Source: Bugula neritina (Eukaryota > Animalia > Bryozoa). From it: a DNA stretch of 64,000 bases. Of the stretch, positions 14,360-33,300 are shown in pieces. How positions within the stretch are numbered: the first letter of the stretch is position 1; every line of letters starts with the position of its first letter. The position numbers and the translations under genes are program-made. A model generated the notes under the pieces. It ran no database searches. It worked only from the letters and a program-made list of their open reading frames with translations, and was not told the DNA's origin. The stretch covers positions 930,001-994,000 of the forward strand of contig OZ037765.1 in NCBI GenBank assembly GCA_964035545.1. The letters run 5' to 3'.

Positions 14360-15386
14360 TAACAGACAGACATGGTAGAGAGACACACAGAAAGACACTT
14401 AGTATAGAGACACACAGAAAGACATGTAGTATAAAGACACAGACAGACAGACATGTAGTATAGAGACACACAGACAGACATGTAGTATAGAGACACACAG
14501 ACAGACATGTAGTATAGAGACACACAGACAGACATGTAGTATAGAGACACACAGACAGACATGTAGTATAGAGACACACAGACAGACATGTAGTATAGAG
14601 ACACACAGACATACATGTAGTATAGAGACACACAGACAGACATGTAGTATAGAGACACACAGACAGACATGTAGTATAGAGACACACAGACAGACATGTA
14701 GTATAGAGACACACAGACATACATGTAGTATAGAGACACACAGACAGACATGTAGTATAGAGAAGCACAGACAGGCGTGTAGTATAGAGACACACAGACA
14801 GACATGTAGTATAGAGAAGCACAGACAGGCGTGTAGTATAGAGACACACAGACAGACATGTAGTATAGAGACACACAGACAGACATGTAGTATAGAGACA
14901 CACAGACAGACATGTAGTATAGAGACACACAGACAGACATGTAGTATAGAGACACACAGACAGACATGTAGTATAGAGACACACAGACAGACATGTAGTA
15001 TAGAGACACACAGACAGACATGTAGTATAGAGACACACAGACAGACATGTAGTATAGAGACACACAGACAGACATGTAGTATAGAGACACACAGACATAC
15101 ATGTAGTATAGAGACACACAGACATACATGTAGTATAGAGACACACAGACAGACATGTAGTATAGAGAAGCACAGACAGGCGTGTAGTATAGAGACACAC
15201 AGACAGACATGTAGTATAGAGACACACAGACATACATGATGGAGACACACAGACAGACATGTAGTATAGAGACACACAGACAGACATGTAGTATAGAGAC
15301 ACACAGACAGACATGTAGTATAGAGACACACAGACAGACATGTAGTATAGAGACACACAGACAGACATGTAGTATAGAGAAGCACA
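14360..15386. repeat. 27-nt minisatellite (gtagtatagagacacacagacagacat), about 37 copies
   Basis: Near-perfect tandem array with variant units (gaagcacagacaggc; acatacat). The unit length is divisible by 3, which explains the three long spurious minus-strand ORFs. Confidence 0.98.
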
Positions 15387-17367
15387 CTTTCACAAAGAAG
15401 TGCAAACGAGACTCATAAATAAATTTTAATTTACTAAATTTTAATATTAATACCAAATTCCAAAATAGGTAAGATAACCGCTGCCTAACATATCTTATTC
15501 ATACTAAATAGATCTAAACAAGTGCATTTTGTTTCAGCAATGCAAAGTAATAGCTGCTTAGCATCTGCATAGAAACCAACAATTAAATTACAGAGTTGCC
15601 CTATCATTTCAAGAGTAGACAATTATTGCAAAGAAGCATGGGGGAGGGGGGAGGAAATTACTCAATATACGAATGAAAACTGTCAGAAGCTCAATCAGAA
15701 TTGAAAATGATCACAACTTTTTAATACTGCGTGTTATAATTAACTGAATAATAAAATATTAAGAGCGAACCTAATTTCAATCACACTACTATTTCAAATT
15801 ATCAAGAGTTTTAATATAAAATTATTAAATAATTGACCAAATAATTTAAAAATTGCATTAAATTTACATTTTAATAAATGTCCTGACAAGGGGATGGTAT
15901 CACTGCCTTAATGGAACATTCAACTGCAGTTAGCTACACACTACAGCTCCTTCAATAGCTGATAGAAGGATGAGCGGTGGTAAAGATATATTGGACCTTC
16001 AGAATGTTTTGAGTTTATTGGTTATTTGAAATATTTTTTCATTTTCTAAAATTTTTATAAATATTTCATTCCATATGAATATTGCTGAATAGCATTATTT
16101 TTAATTCCAATTACTATTATAATTATTATTTTATTAATTCAACTGGTTTATATCTACAACACCAATTTAATCATCTAATACCAAATTATACTTATATGCA
16201 TAAATACATGTAAATAAATTTAACTTGCATCAATTTGTTTCAGTCATAAGAATAAGGGAATATCACATAATGATAAAGTCAATGGCAATTGGTTTTGGTA
16301 ACTGTTATTGTTAATATTAGACTTAGTGCTGAGGGAATCAGTAAACTGTTACTTCTACTTATAGTTGGTTATGCTTACACTTATAAATATATTATAATAA
16401 TATCAATACTATTCACTATGACTTGGACTATGAACATTATGAGTATGTAGTGTTGGTAAATGTAATACTAATACTATTACTAATAGTAATACTAGTAATA
16501 GTATGACTATGAGTATGAGACTGAGTCTGACAATCACTGATCAGTGTGACCATGGCCAATGAGTGAGTGATGGCCCACCTCCATGGACAATCACAATGAC
16601 AATGATCAATGGAATTGGGCCAGAACTGTGGACAGGTCACTGGTCAGTACTACTACTAGTAGTCAGTGTCACTAGTCTCACTTTCAATCGCATACTGATA
16701 CTCATACTCATAGTCATACTCATACTGAGTCTGATTCAGGGTCACGGCAATTAGGCTTAGCTACTAAATATCAATATGAATATGCCTTACAATACAGTAA
16801 ATTTGAAATAATACTTAGCTTCAAAACTGACAAGCAATGCAAATAATGATAAATATTTCAAGTAAGTAAATTTAATGTAACCGTAATAATAATATAAAAT
16901 AAGTATTATATCATTAATATTATTGATATTGACAGTCGCTTATTTTAACAGGAAATACAGACAGGACCGCAGCTAAAGCTAAATCTTGATTATATTCGAC
17001 ATATTATATTTTTATTTTCATAACTCAAAGGACAATTTTTTTTACTGCTTCAAAAAAACAATTAAAAAAATATTTATTAAAAAAATATAATTTGAAATTT
17101 TTATCTTAAAAACAAAACTCTAAAAGTTTTTGTTCAATAAAATTTATTTGGTTGATCAATAGTTAGAGGATCATTAGTTGATATAAATATTTCACTATAC
17201 TCCTCGACTTTTAAACCGGATGTGTGGAGCCGAAGGCTATAATAAATATAATGTGAGAGTTGCTATAACAACAAAGAACTAGTTGAACAGCCCAGTCATT
17301 AGATTTAGCAGTTTAAAGCCTTATATTATTTTAGTTGCTGGTAGTGGAACAGAAATTGTTGATTTAA

Positions 17368-22867
<5,500 letters not shown>

Positions 22868-24766
22868 GCTCAATTATGCAGACGTATTTTAATCGTGTAG
22901 CACAATCGATGACTCACACAGCTGATGACTCATACAACTAATGACTCATACAACTAATGAATCATCTTGCAATGATTACAGACTCCATAGAAATGCAGGG
23001 GAGATGATTAACATTGCTCTAATAGTTCATGACTGATCTAACTTGTATATATATTAACTGATACTGTCTCAACTAATAGTCTTCAATGAAATATATCTAT
23101 CTCTATTACCTATGCCATATCATGATGTATCACACATACAATCACACAATCATGTTATATATTTTTACAAGTTATATAAACTTAAATTCTGTCTTCAGGG
23201 CTGAGTTGATTTTGTCTCACTTTGTTTTTGTGCTTAATTTTTAACATGGGATATAATGAGATACTAGTATATATATTTATTTTATTCATAGATACATAGT
23301 TCACTCAATTATTTATTGTTACCACATTATTAAAATAATATTTTATTATATATAGCTTGACAGTAAAGTTCAATGTTAGTTTTTATTTTGCATTTTGCAT
23401 AGTATAGCATGAGACTTTTTTGTAATTGTTATGGGAAATCAGCTCATTTAACGAAATGTTAAGGAATATTAAAGATCTTATTCCATAACATAACATTATA
23501 TCTTCAATATAATCATAACACAGGCAGTGCATACAATAATATATAAGCTGTAGGTGCTGGTTTATCAGGCTATAATAAGTGAAATGAACTTTACCATGCT
23601 CACTATGTTTGAGTAGGTATGATATAATAATACCAAAAGTTCAAAAATATATAATAATAATATAATATATAATTATTTTTCAATAGTAATTTGACATCAT
23701 GCTTTTTTACAATAATAACTAGCTTGATAGTCGTCTGCATATTAGTAAAAAGCATCACGATTCACTAATTATCATTTATTTATTTACAACTCAACATGTT
23801 TACAAATTGGTGCCTATAGAATCAGTTGTATAATACAAGACTTATTGAACTTACCGGAGTTGTCAACACTCTTCAAAGTGAGAATGGCATTAAATGGAAA
23901 AAGCTATTAAAGTATCAAACTATAAATTAGGTTTAATTTGCTAACTAGTCGTACACTAACCAATCAGTTTATTCGTCACCAAAGCTTTTGTGGGCTGGGC
24001 TGCACTAAACTCAAAATGAAAGTCAAAGTGTTCAACTCGGACATATTTGACATATTTGACATATTTGGATTTTTTCTAGTCAGAAAATTTTTAATCATAT
24101 TGTTGTGTTGCCTACTTTTATTAATGTTAAGAAAAAGTCTTATTTTAGAGACCTGCTAATGTTACCGTTGTCATACTCATTGTGTGCTTAAAATATGTTA
24201 AAAGTTAACTCAGATTGAGATTCGAAGTAAAATCTAAAGATTTTAAATTTATTATTTTTTTATTTACTTATTAAATTATTATTCCTATAATTTAATAATT
24301 ATAATTATTGCAAAGTCTAAGTCTAAAGTATTTTGAGTAACTTGAGTCATTATGATTATCATTATGATTAAATGTAATTACCAATGCTAGGTTGCAGCAA
24401 GTGCAATTGCAAGCAAAATTAAGTAAATCAAAATGAAAATGCAATTGGGAATTAAGTTAGTTTGAGTTGACTCTCAAACTTAAGTTGGCTTTCAAGTGAA
24501 TGAAATTCAATGACCTTAGTCAATTTTCTATTCAGTCAGTTTGAGTTTATATTTAAATTAGTCCTTCAAGTACTCAACTAAATCATTATTGATTATATAT
24601 TATCATTATTATTATAAAATTAATTAGTAATTACAATTAGCAAGTAACTCATATTCACTCCCGCAATATTATATAAAAAAGGATTTTATATCTTTAGGTT
24701 AAACTGTTTAAGAAAAAAATTTTGACTTGTACTTGTAGTTTTGTAAAACTTAAAAACCGTCTACTA

Positions 24767-25003
24767 CCTAGCTCTTCTTTATACCATCTAGCTCTTCTTT
24801 ATACCACCTAACTCTTCTTCATACCACCTAGCTCTTCTTTATACCACCTAGCTCTTCTTTATACCACCTAGCTCTTCTTCATACCACCTAGCTCTTCTTT
24901 ATACCACCTAGCTCTTCTTCATACCACCTAGCTCTTCTTCATACCACCTAGCTCTTCTTCATACCACCTAGTTCTTCTTCATACCACCTAGCTCTTCTTT
25001 ATA
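24767..25003. repeat. 20-nt minisatellite (ctagctcttct[t/c]ataccac), about 12 copies
   Basis: Visible directly, about 300 nt upstream of the CYP ATG. Confidence 0.95.
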
Positions 25004-25298
25004 CAAGTAAAAGCTCAAGATTTGCTAATTTTGAGTAGCATACTTATTTAACATAGTATACTGCAGAATATAAAAAAAAATGCTCAAAAATATATCCTTT
25101 AGGTATTATGTAGCGTCATCTAATGTTTTTTAATGTCTTTCCATTACGTCAAATTCACTTTTATTATACATACTTTTATTTGATTCAACATCAGCTGTTT
25201 TATAGTGTAAAAACAATATTAGATGATAAATTGCTCAAACAAGATAGCTGAAGTAAAAAATGAACTTAATTAAAAGTTATGTTAAATTTAGCCAAGAC

Positions 25299-28200
25299 AT
25301 GACTGGAGGGTGGATTTTTCTCATTCTAATAACTCTTTGTCTGTATTATTTGTACCGAGTGGTGAAAACAGCATTTTTCTCTCCACTTCTGAAGGTTAGT
25401 CAATAGAATAATTTTATATTGCCTTTTTTATTCAGCTGGCAGCAAATGCAAATATCAATTAGGAACCAGTTTATAAAATATTTTGTCAAAGTTTTCTTTC
25501 ATGCGGCTTCATAATAAAAAGTTTACTTTGAGTATTCTGCTAATTGTAACTATGTTTTTATATTCCATACAGCAAGTTGGTTTTGCTTGACTAGCTCTAG
25601 ATAGAACCATTATTAAATGCAACATGTGATCATTAGCTCAGGTTTTTTGACAAAAGATTTTTTAAGAAAAATATGTGATGTTGATTGTCAATTTGTGAAT
25701 ATTTAAAATTGCGTAATATTGAAAAGTTATTTGAAGCTGCAAAATTGAATACCAGTAGCTCTCACGTTTGTTTTTGACTGCAGATTCCCGGTTTGCCATA
25801 CGGACCTCTTTATGGCAATGTCAAGGAAGCGATGCAAGGTGAATCTATGGATTCGTCAGTCAAGTAGGAATATTGAGTACTGATTTATCACTAATGATAC
25901 TTTGAACGCTGGTCTATTAAGTAATAATCTTTATGAGAAATCAAAGGCTTCTAAAAGTAATGCCTTGTTTAATCTTCCTGTAAACTGCAAACTAAAACTG
26001 CATTTTATAATATATGAAGGCCTAGCAGACAATTGAGTGGTATATTTTTGGACATGCCTACATTTTTACAATGTGGATTCTATTTTTCAGAACTTGCTTG
26101 TTGAGAAATTTAAAGTTTTTTAATGATAAGAGAAAATACAACACATAGTAACACATTTTATTCTATAGAGCAAAAGATGCCTCTAATTTATTTTATTTTG
26201 CTGTAAAAGTATTAAATTTATTACGTATTTGTTGCTTTTTTATTTCTTTTGAAATTTTCTCTGATAGCCTTTTAGTGTCTTAGTCATAAAAACTGCCAAG
26301 CACTGCCAAGTGTGTCGTATTTGATGACCATTGCCTAATTTGTTTTACAGATGGGTGCGAAAGTATGGAGGGATAGTTAGATTCTACAACCTCTTTGGGA
26401 GAGAACAAATACTAGTAGCAGACCCTGAGGCTATACGATACGTTCTTGTAACTCACAGCTCTAACTTCTACCGGAGAACGTCAACTGCAGTGCAGCGAAT
26501 GGTTCCGGAAGGTCTCTTTAGCTTAGAAGGAAGTTTTCATAGATCTGCCAGGAAGCTGCTCAACCCAGCTTTCAATATAGCAGCTGTAAAAAGTGCGTTG
26601 GTCTCTCTCTAACTATCACATTGATATGATCAGTAACATGTGTAACAAAATTGACCAGAGAAATAGTATAAATGTATAGTGGTACAATTGCTTTCTGTGT
26701 TAGCTTATATTAATATAGTGTCATCAAATAATTGAGGATTGAAATTGCTCTTTCATTGAGAAATTTTTGTCAAGCTTTCTTTGACTTATTTTCTACTGTA
26801 GATTCAACAATTTGTTCATGAATCTAGGGTGGTATTTGATTATCCTTATTATTTTTTTTATTCATAACGCGTTAAGTATAAATAATATATAAGCACGCTT
26901 TGATTTTGAAAGCTAGTTTAATTATGATTAAGAACTTTATTTCTGTTTCTTTTTTCATTCAACTTGTTTTTCAACGTTTGTAAAGTATTTTCCTTATTTC
27001 TTATATTAGCAGTTTTTATTTTTTATAGGTTTCCTCCCACTATTTCACAAGACTGCTAACAAAATGGTGGATAAAATGAGCTCTCTGATTGGCTCTCAAG
27101 ACTCTAGCAAGTTGAACATGCAGAAGTTGATAAAATCAGCCGTATGTTTCACTCACTTGTTGTAATTAGTCAGAAAATTGTTATTTTATTTCACTGGAAA
27201 TAAAATAATGTTGGTAAAAGCTAATATTGTTTTATTTTTTTCAGAAAAAAGTTGGTATGATGATTGCTTTTGTGAATATTGATTTGTTGAGTTTTAATGA
27301 TTTCAACTTTTCTATCGTTTTATTAAATTTATTTTGATTTCTTTCTCTTTGTGTTTATAATCAGAATGCAAAGATAAATTGTCTACATTGTGCACCCACT
27401 ATATTCATATGACTGTGTGTAGTATACTTCACTGTATTCATATGACTCTGTGTACTATACTTCACTGTGTTCATATGTCTCTGTGTACTGTGTAGTATAC
27501 TTCACTCTGTGTTTATGTCTGTGGTGCTAAATTAATGCAATAAGTCCCAAGATTTTTATAAAAATCACATCAAACCTCAAATGTGGTACAGTGTAGGCGT
27601 GTTAAGCTTTGTGTTTTGCTTACTTAAACTATATTGTTATACAGACAATGGATGTGATTGGTCTAGCTGCATTTGACCATGACCTTCAAGCCCTGGAAGA
27701 TCCCAGCAATGAGATAGTCCAGAGTCTGTCGCTGATGATAGCATCTCAGGCTATGTCCTTGATCTCTGCACTTCCTTTCTACAATCTTCTCCCTCTCAAG
27801 TCAAATAAAAAATATAAGAAAGCTGTAGATGTCGTTAATGAGTTGTCTTTCGAGATTATAAAAAGCAGACGACAGCAGCCTGTGAATGGTTTGAATTTGC
27901 TATATCTTATATCAACATTTACACACAAACACACGCACGCACATACACACACACATACACACACACACACACACACACGCGCACACACACACACATACAT
28001 TGGAAAATGTTTCTTAGCAAATAAATGAGTTACAAATTTGTCAGTTACCAAAAATAATAAAATAGTTTGCGACCGTTTTGATTTCTATGTTTTCAACTCT
28101 ATGTTTAGTTATTTTCCCTTTTATAGTTTTATATGATTAATTTTAGATTCGAGTGTTTTTAGTAAATTACTCTCAGCAAGATATGAAGGAAAAGACGAAG

Positions 28201-30069
28201 GGTTGTCAGATACGGCCCTCAGAGATCACATTGTATCATTTATGATTGCAGGCTATGAAGTGAGTTGACAACTCCTGAAAACATTCTACAATATTGTTTT
28301 AAATGGCTGTATCGTTGGTACTGTATAATATATATAGTAATATGTATAATATTAGTACTGTATAATATATATAATAATATGTATAATATAAGTACTGTAT
28401 AGCATATATAATATATATAATATTAGTACTGTATAATATATATATAGTATTAGTACTGTATAATATATATAATACTGTATAATATTAATACTGTATAATA
28501 TATTATATAATATATATATAATACTGCTGTATTATTTAGACAAGCAGCAGCATGCTGACTTGGTTACTCCTAGAGCTAGCCCGAAATCCTGACATACAGG
28601 AGAAGTTACACGCAGAGCTCAGTCTAATTACAGATTACAAGGGTATAACTGGGGAAGAGTTGGAGTCCTTCAAGTTTCTTGACTCTTGTATCAAAGAAAC
28701 ACTTCGGTTAGTCAATTATAAGTATTTGTTTTACAGCTGAAACATTTATATCTATAAAACCTTATTAAATATAAATTATGTCTGACATTTTGCGAACGAA
28801 TTAAAGTTCTCTCTCTCCAAGCCAATAGAGTTTCTAGTAAGACTACTTTCAAAATTAGGTCACATAGTTAACGCCGGAGATGAATATATAGTTTTTAATT
28901 TTACCCATAACAAAAAATGACTGATTTTTGCAAAACCATTTTCAGACTAAAAATGGTTTTAATGAAAGATTTGATCTGCTTATAATATGGGAGTACATTG
29001 AATTATATTTCTTATTTATGTTTCTTGTTTATATTTATATTTCATTTGTTTATATTTAAATTACAAAATAATAAGCAATTATTTTCAATAAAAAAAAAGA
29101 AATTATTGCACTTCAAATTTTGATTTTCCTGTTTTTAATGTTTGGCAAAGATAGTGGATGAACCTACAAGTCATTGTCAATTAACAGAATGCTCACTTTG
29201 ACGGAAAAGACTTGGACTATCAAATTACCATTTCACGTTTATATTGTTCACATAGCGTGTTGTATGAATACTTTATGGTTTACAGTTTGTACCCGGCTGC
29301 TTCTGCCATATTACGTAACGCTGTCAATGATGACATCATCAATGGCTACGAGATTCCGGCTGGCACTGAGCTTGTCCTTCACTTTGGTGCTATGATGAGG
29401 TGAGACAACCCCTAACATGTCCAGAGGGAATTCGCAATGAGCTTTATTTGCCCCAGTTGACTAAAGGAAGTTATATTAGCAAGTTTTGCAAACAAGTTCA
29501 GTTATCCAAAGCATCTATCTGTTTCTGTAGGACATTTGATGAAACTTTTATTCTAAATTTATTACTTAGCTCTTTATAGTTAGTAAACAACTTTTGTTTT
29601 GAATTTTTGCGCTAAAATTCTTGATAGTTTCCACTTCAGAAGTTTACTGCAAATTGGAATACTATGTAGTAAATATTTGTATCAACTAAGAGAAGACAAA
29701 TACTGGTGGTGAATCAGCATTCGTTAAAAAATCGTAGTTTTCACCATTTCAGCTTTTTGCATGTACCTCTATACGTGTTGTGATTAAAATTCATTAATTT
29801 GTAGAACACAAGTAGAAAATGGAGAAATATTTGACCCTAACAGATTCCTATCTCCTGGAGGCGAGAGTATACGATTGCTGCCATTTGGTATCGGGCCACA
29901 CGCTTGTATTGGTAATAAGTTTGCTATTATGGAAATGAAGCTGCTGACAGTATATTTAGTGAGAGAGTTCAACTTTTCCACTGTACCCGGTCTAGTCATA
30001 CACAGGAAAAGGTCCATTATCCTCAAACCATCTCCCGATGTCGAACTGTATGTTACTAGGCGAGGGTAA
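25299..30069 (+). CDS. Microsomal cytochrome P450 (clan 3/4-like), 477 aa
   Basis: Exons 25299-25394, 25784-25863, 26351-26592, 27029-27141, 27645-27888, 28147-28259, 28540-28706, 29286-29399, 29805-30069; 1434 nt. N-terminal TM anchor followed by SPLLKIPG; I-helix AGYETSS; K-helix ETLR; FDPNRF; heme motif FGIGPHACIG. Confidence 0.95.
27920..27998. repeat. (CA)n microsatellite
   Basis: Imperfect CA run in CYP intron 5. Confidence 0.9.
28318..28525. repeat. AT-rich degenerate tandem repeat (tactgtataatatat...)
   Basis: Repeated tactgtataata units in CYP intron 6. Confidence 0.8.
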
Positions 30070-30370
30070 GCCTACCATATCTTTAGCTGAAACTATGCAG
30101 TAACAAAGTTATTTACTTATCTATTTTGAATTTTTGCCATTTGGTTGGTCTGTTGATTTTTTTTCAACACAATATTATATTATATTGTATTTTTTTTATA
30201 TTTTCTATGTTTTCATTACAATCTGTTCTGATATGTAATATATTTACTTGCATCTGTGTTTTGCTCATTTCATGCTATTTTATTTATTAGACTAGCTTGG
30301 TAGATTTTTAATAAATTTACAGTATAAAAATAGATTCTATTTTTTTAAAATGAGCCTTTGTTCCCAAACT

Positions 30371-33300
30371 TTATACAGGGACGGGTATTCTGGTCGCCCG
30401 AGTGCTTCGCTGTCTGCCTCCCAAATATCTTATTTTGTAGCAGACATGTACTTTCTTTTTTCTAACTCGCTTATTCATTGGTCGAATCTCAAACGTGGGT
30501 TTGCCGAAGCTGGACGTCTGCTTCACCGTAAGCCGATACATATTGTTGATCGTTCCCGTGTAGCCGAGACCCGGGACTTGTCTAGCGTTCTCCGGCTGTA
30601 AATTACGGAAGTCGGCCAGAGCTACCTGGAAGTTGCCGCGTCTGAAGTATTGCTTAGTGATTCTAGTCCTCACTCTGCTCACTATCACCCTGCCTCTTTC
30701 ACTGATTCCTCGTAGGAAGGTACCCAAACCACCGTTGCTCTCAGCCGGATCTTCGTAGGCTCTCAGGAGGGTTTCTATTTCCCTTTGATCTGTGGATATA
30801 AACATTTAGCTAGATAACAGACCTGCCAACAACAAACAACACAGACCTACCAACATATATAATATACCAATAAACCAATATAATGTACATGCATACATAT
30901 AAACCAATAGGCTTATCATCTACGTATGTTGAAACTACATAAGTTTATATTACTACATACATGCTTCGTAGTACTGTTGGTTTGGGTCCTGTACTTGCTG
31001 CGGTTGGTTTATGCTGCCAGAACTTTCTGGACTGGGAGTAAAATAGCCACCATCGATATCATCTTCAGCACCACTGAATGTGAAGAGAACAACTAATGAA
31101 TGATTTACTGAGTCATCAGTTATCATGCTGGCTACTACTTGTATAATACTTGAGCGAAAACGGATTCAGTCAGTTCTACCAGATCACACTATGCTGTGCC
31201 TCAGTAACATTGAAATTTCGTGAATTAAAGGAAAATGTGCAATAATAGTATTGAATAATAATATGATCATCTAAAATTTCAAGACTTTTATTATAAATAT
31301 GTGTATACAAAATTTTTATCAGAGCTGTAATATTTTTTCTTCCTTGCTTTTTTAACTTGAAATAAAGTTTTTTATTATAAATATTTTTTCCGAAAATTTA
31401 CACAACCAATGAATAGATATACGACAATGAGTAAATAGTAAGTAGTATAAGTAAGTTAAACTGTATGATGAATAGAATGTAGTAGATCTACCTGTAACTT
31501 AACTGCCGTCCAAGATTGTCTGAGAGCGTTGGGGGTAATGAGTAGAGTTGAGGGTTTAAAGGTGGTGCAGACTGATTGGCTAGCAGAATCTCTGGCTCGT
31601 CATCCGACTCGGACTCCTCAGATTCTGAAGAACTGCAAAAGACTTACTATTAGACAGTAAAACTTGACTGTATTTCTATTAAAATCTCTTCAAATCTTAT
31701 TTTTTAAATCTTCCTATATTTTCATCAAACAGAAAACATTTGTTATTTCTCAACCAAACTGTAATAAGATTAGCATGAACATAGTTTTGCCTAGATCTCT
31801 TGAATAATGTGCTACTCACATTGACTGACGTCTAGCTCTACGGCGGTCACGGTGTCTACGGTGGCGACCTTCTTCAAGGTTACGCCGATTCCGCCTATTG
31901 CGCCTTCTTCTGTTTTGAGCTCTCCATTCATTTCTCTCATTTTGGCGGCTATAGGCTGTGTCAAAGCTAAGGGGGGGGGGGGCAGAGTAAAATAACTTAT
32001 AGTGTATGAATTGATAGTGAACATTGTAAAAAGCGCTGGGGCTATACAACTATAGTTTCCACGTAAAGGGTAGTTTTAAATGTTCATATGTACAGTGAGG
32101 TACACTGTGTGACTTCTTGTAAGATTTTTTTTGTTTTTTTAAAATTATGGTTATTCTAATATTTGACACACTTTCCAAAAGAGTTCGTAAAATTTACTTT
32201 TATTAAATTAGCTAAACCACAGTACAAACAGGCAATGCTGTTCAATAAACATCATTTTTAGTTATGCAATGTTTTCCATAGAGAAGTACATGAAAGATTT
32301 ATATGTACTTTCATACCAGCCATCAGGATATGTTAGTTTAGTAAATTCCAATGACACATCAATATTTTTATACATACAGTACATGACTGGGACTAGCAAC
32401 AAGCTCATAGTCAACTCACTTTGAGAAAGGATTGTCATTCTCAGAGGCCAGAACTTGGTTGAGAGAGTTTTCGGCAGCGGAATTATTGTCTACCTGAGAG
32501 GCAGCCCTCCTTTCATTTCTCAACTGACTGCTGTCACTGCTTTGTATGTTGTTTGACAGCCTACGAGTATGACACAAACAAAGTCCGCACAATTTGTATA
32601 TTTTGTTGAGACTCCACTAATTGCTTTATGAGAATACACGTATAGACTACATGTATCATTAGAGTTTAGAAAACTTTAAAATATATGAACTAAAATGCAG
32701 ATTATATTGTGCTATAGAAAGGTAAAGACTTAAATGAAATTCTTTCAAGTATTCTAAATAAAATGATTGATTTAATATTAAACTTACTAGCTTCTATACT
32801 TTAAATTAATAAAAATGCAACATGTGTTTTATACCTTCCAGTGACCAAGTTATTAGTGTTTGTTGGGATTTGTCTACCCCGACGTCTTGTACTATTCGGC
32901 TGACTGTTTCTGTGGTTGGAAGGTATCCAATGGTTCTCAGAGGTTGAGGCATTTAGCCAACTTTCTACGTCATGACTTTGGTTGCTCCATGTGTCCCAAC
33001 TTTGTACCCCGTCCCACACAGGAGGCTCAAATTCCTCAACTGTAAGATATTTTGTACACTTGTAATATATATTATTTATAACTCACCATGAGCTTATTAT
33101 AAACCATGTGTGTCAACTAATTTGAAACATTGCTGATAAATTTAACTTGCAGAAATTAGCTCAAAGAATTGAAAACTTCATAACTTCTGGTGTATGGCAT
33201 AAAAATGCAGCTTGACTGAATATCTTTTGCTATATCAGTTCAAATTGCAGATAGCAGTACTATTTGTATTAGTTTATCAGGCTCAATTTCCTATAGTTTT

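Noticed and set aside
14308-15456. Three long minus-strand ORFs (328-382 aa, Cys/Tyr-rich) and a CRISPR-like appearance
   Set aside because: They come from a 27-nt tandem minisatellite with no stop codons on that strand. There are no unique spacers and no cas genes, and the context is eukaryotic.
30371-30805. Bacterial contaminant ORF as the source of the toxin-like domain
   Set aside because: It has a phase-compatible acceptor joined to seven upstream GT-AG exons and is flanked by intron-containing animal genes.
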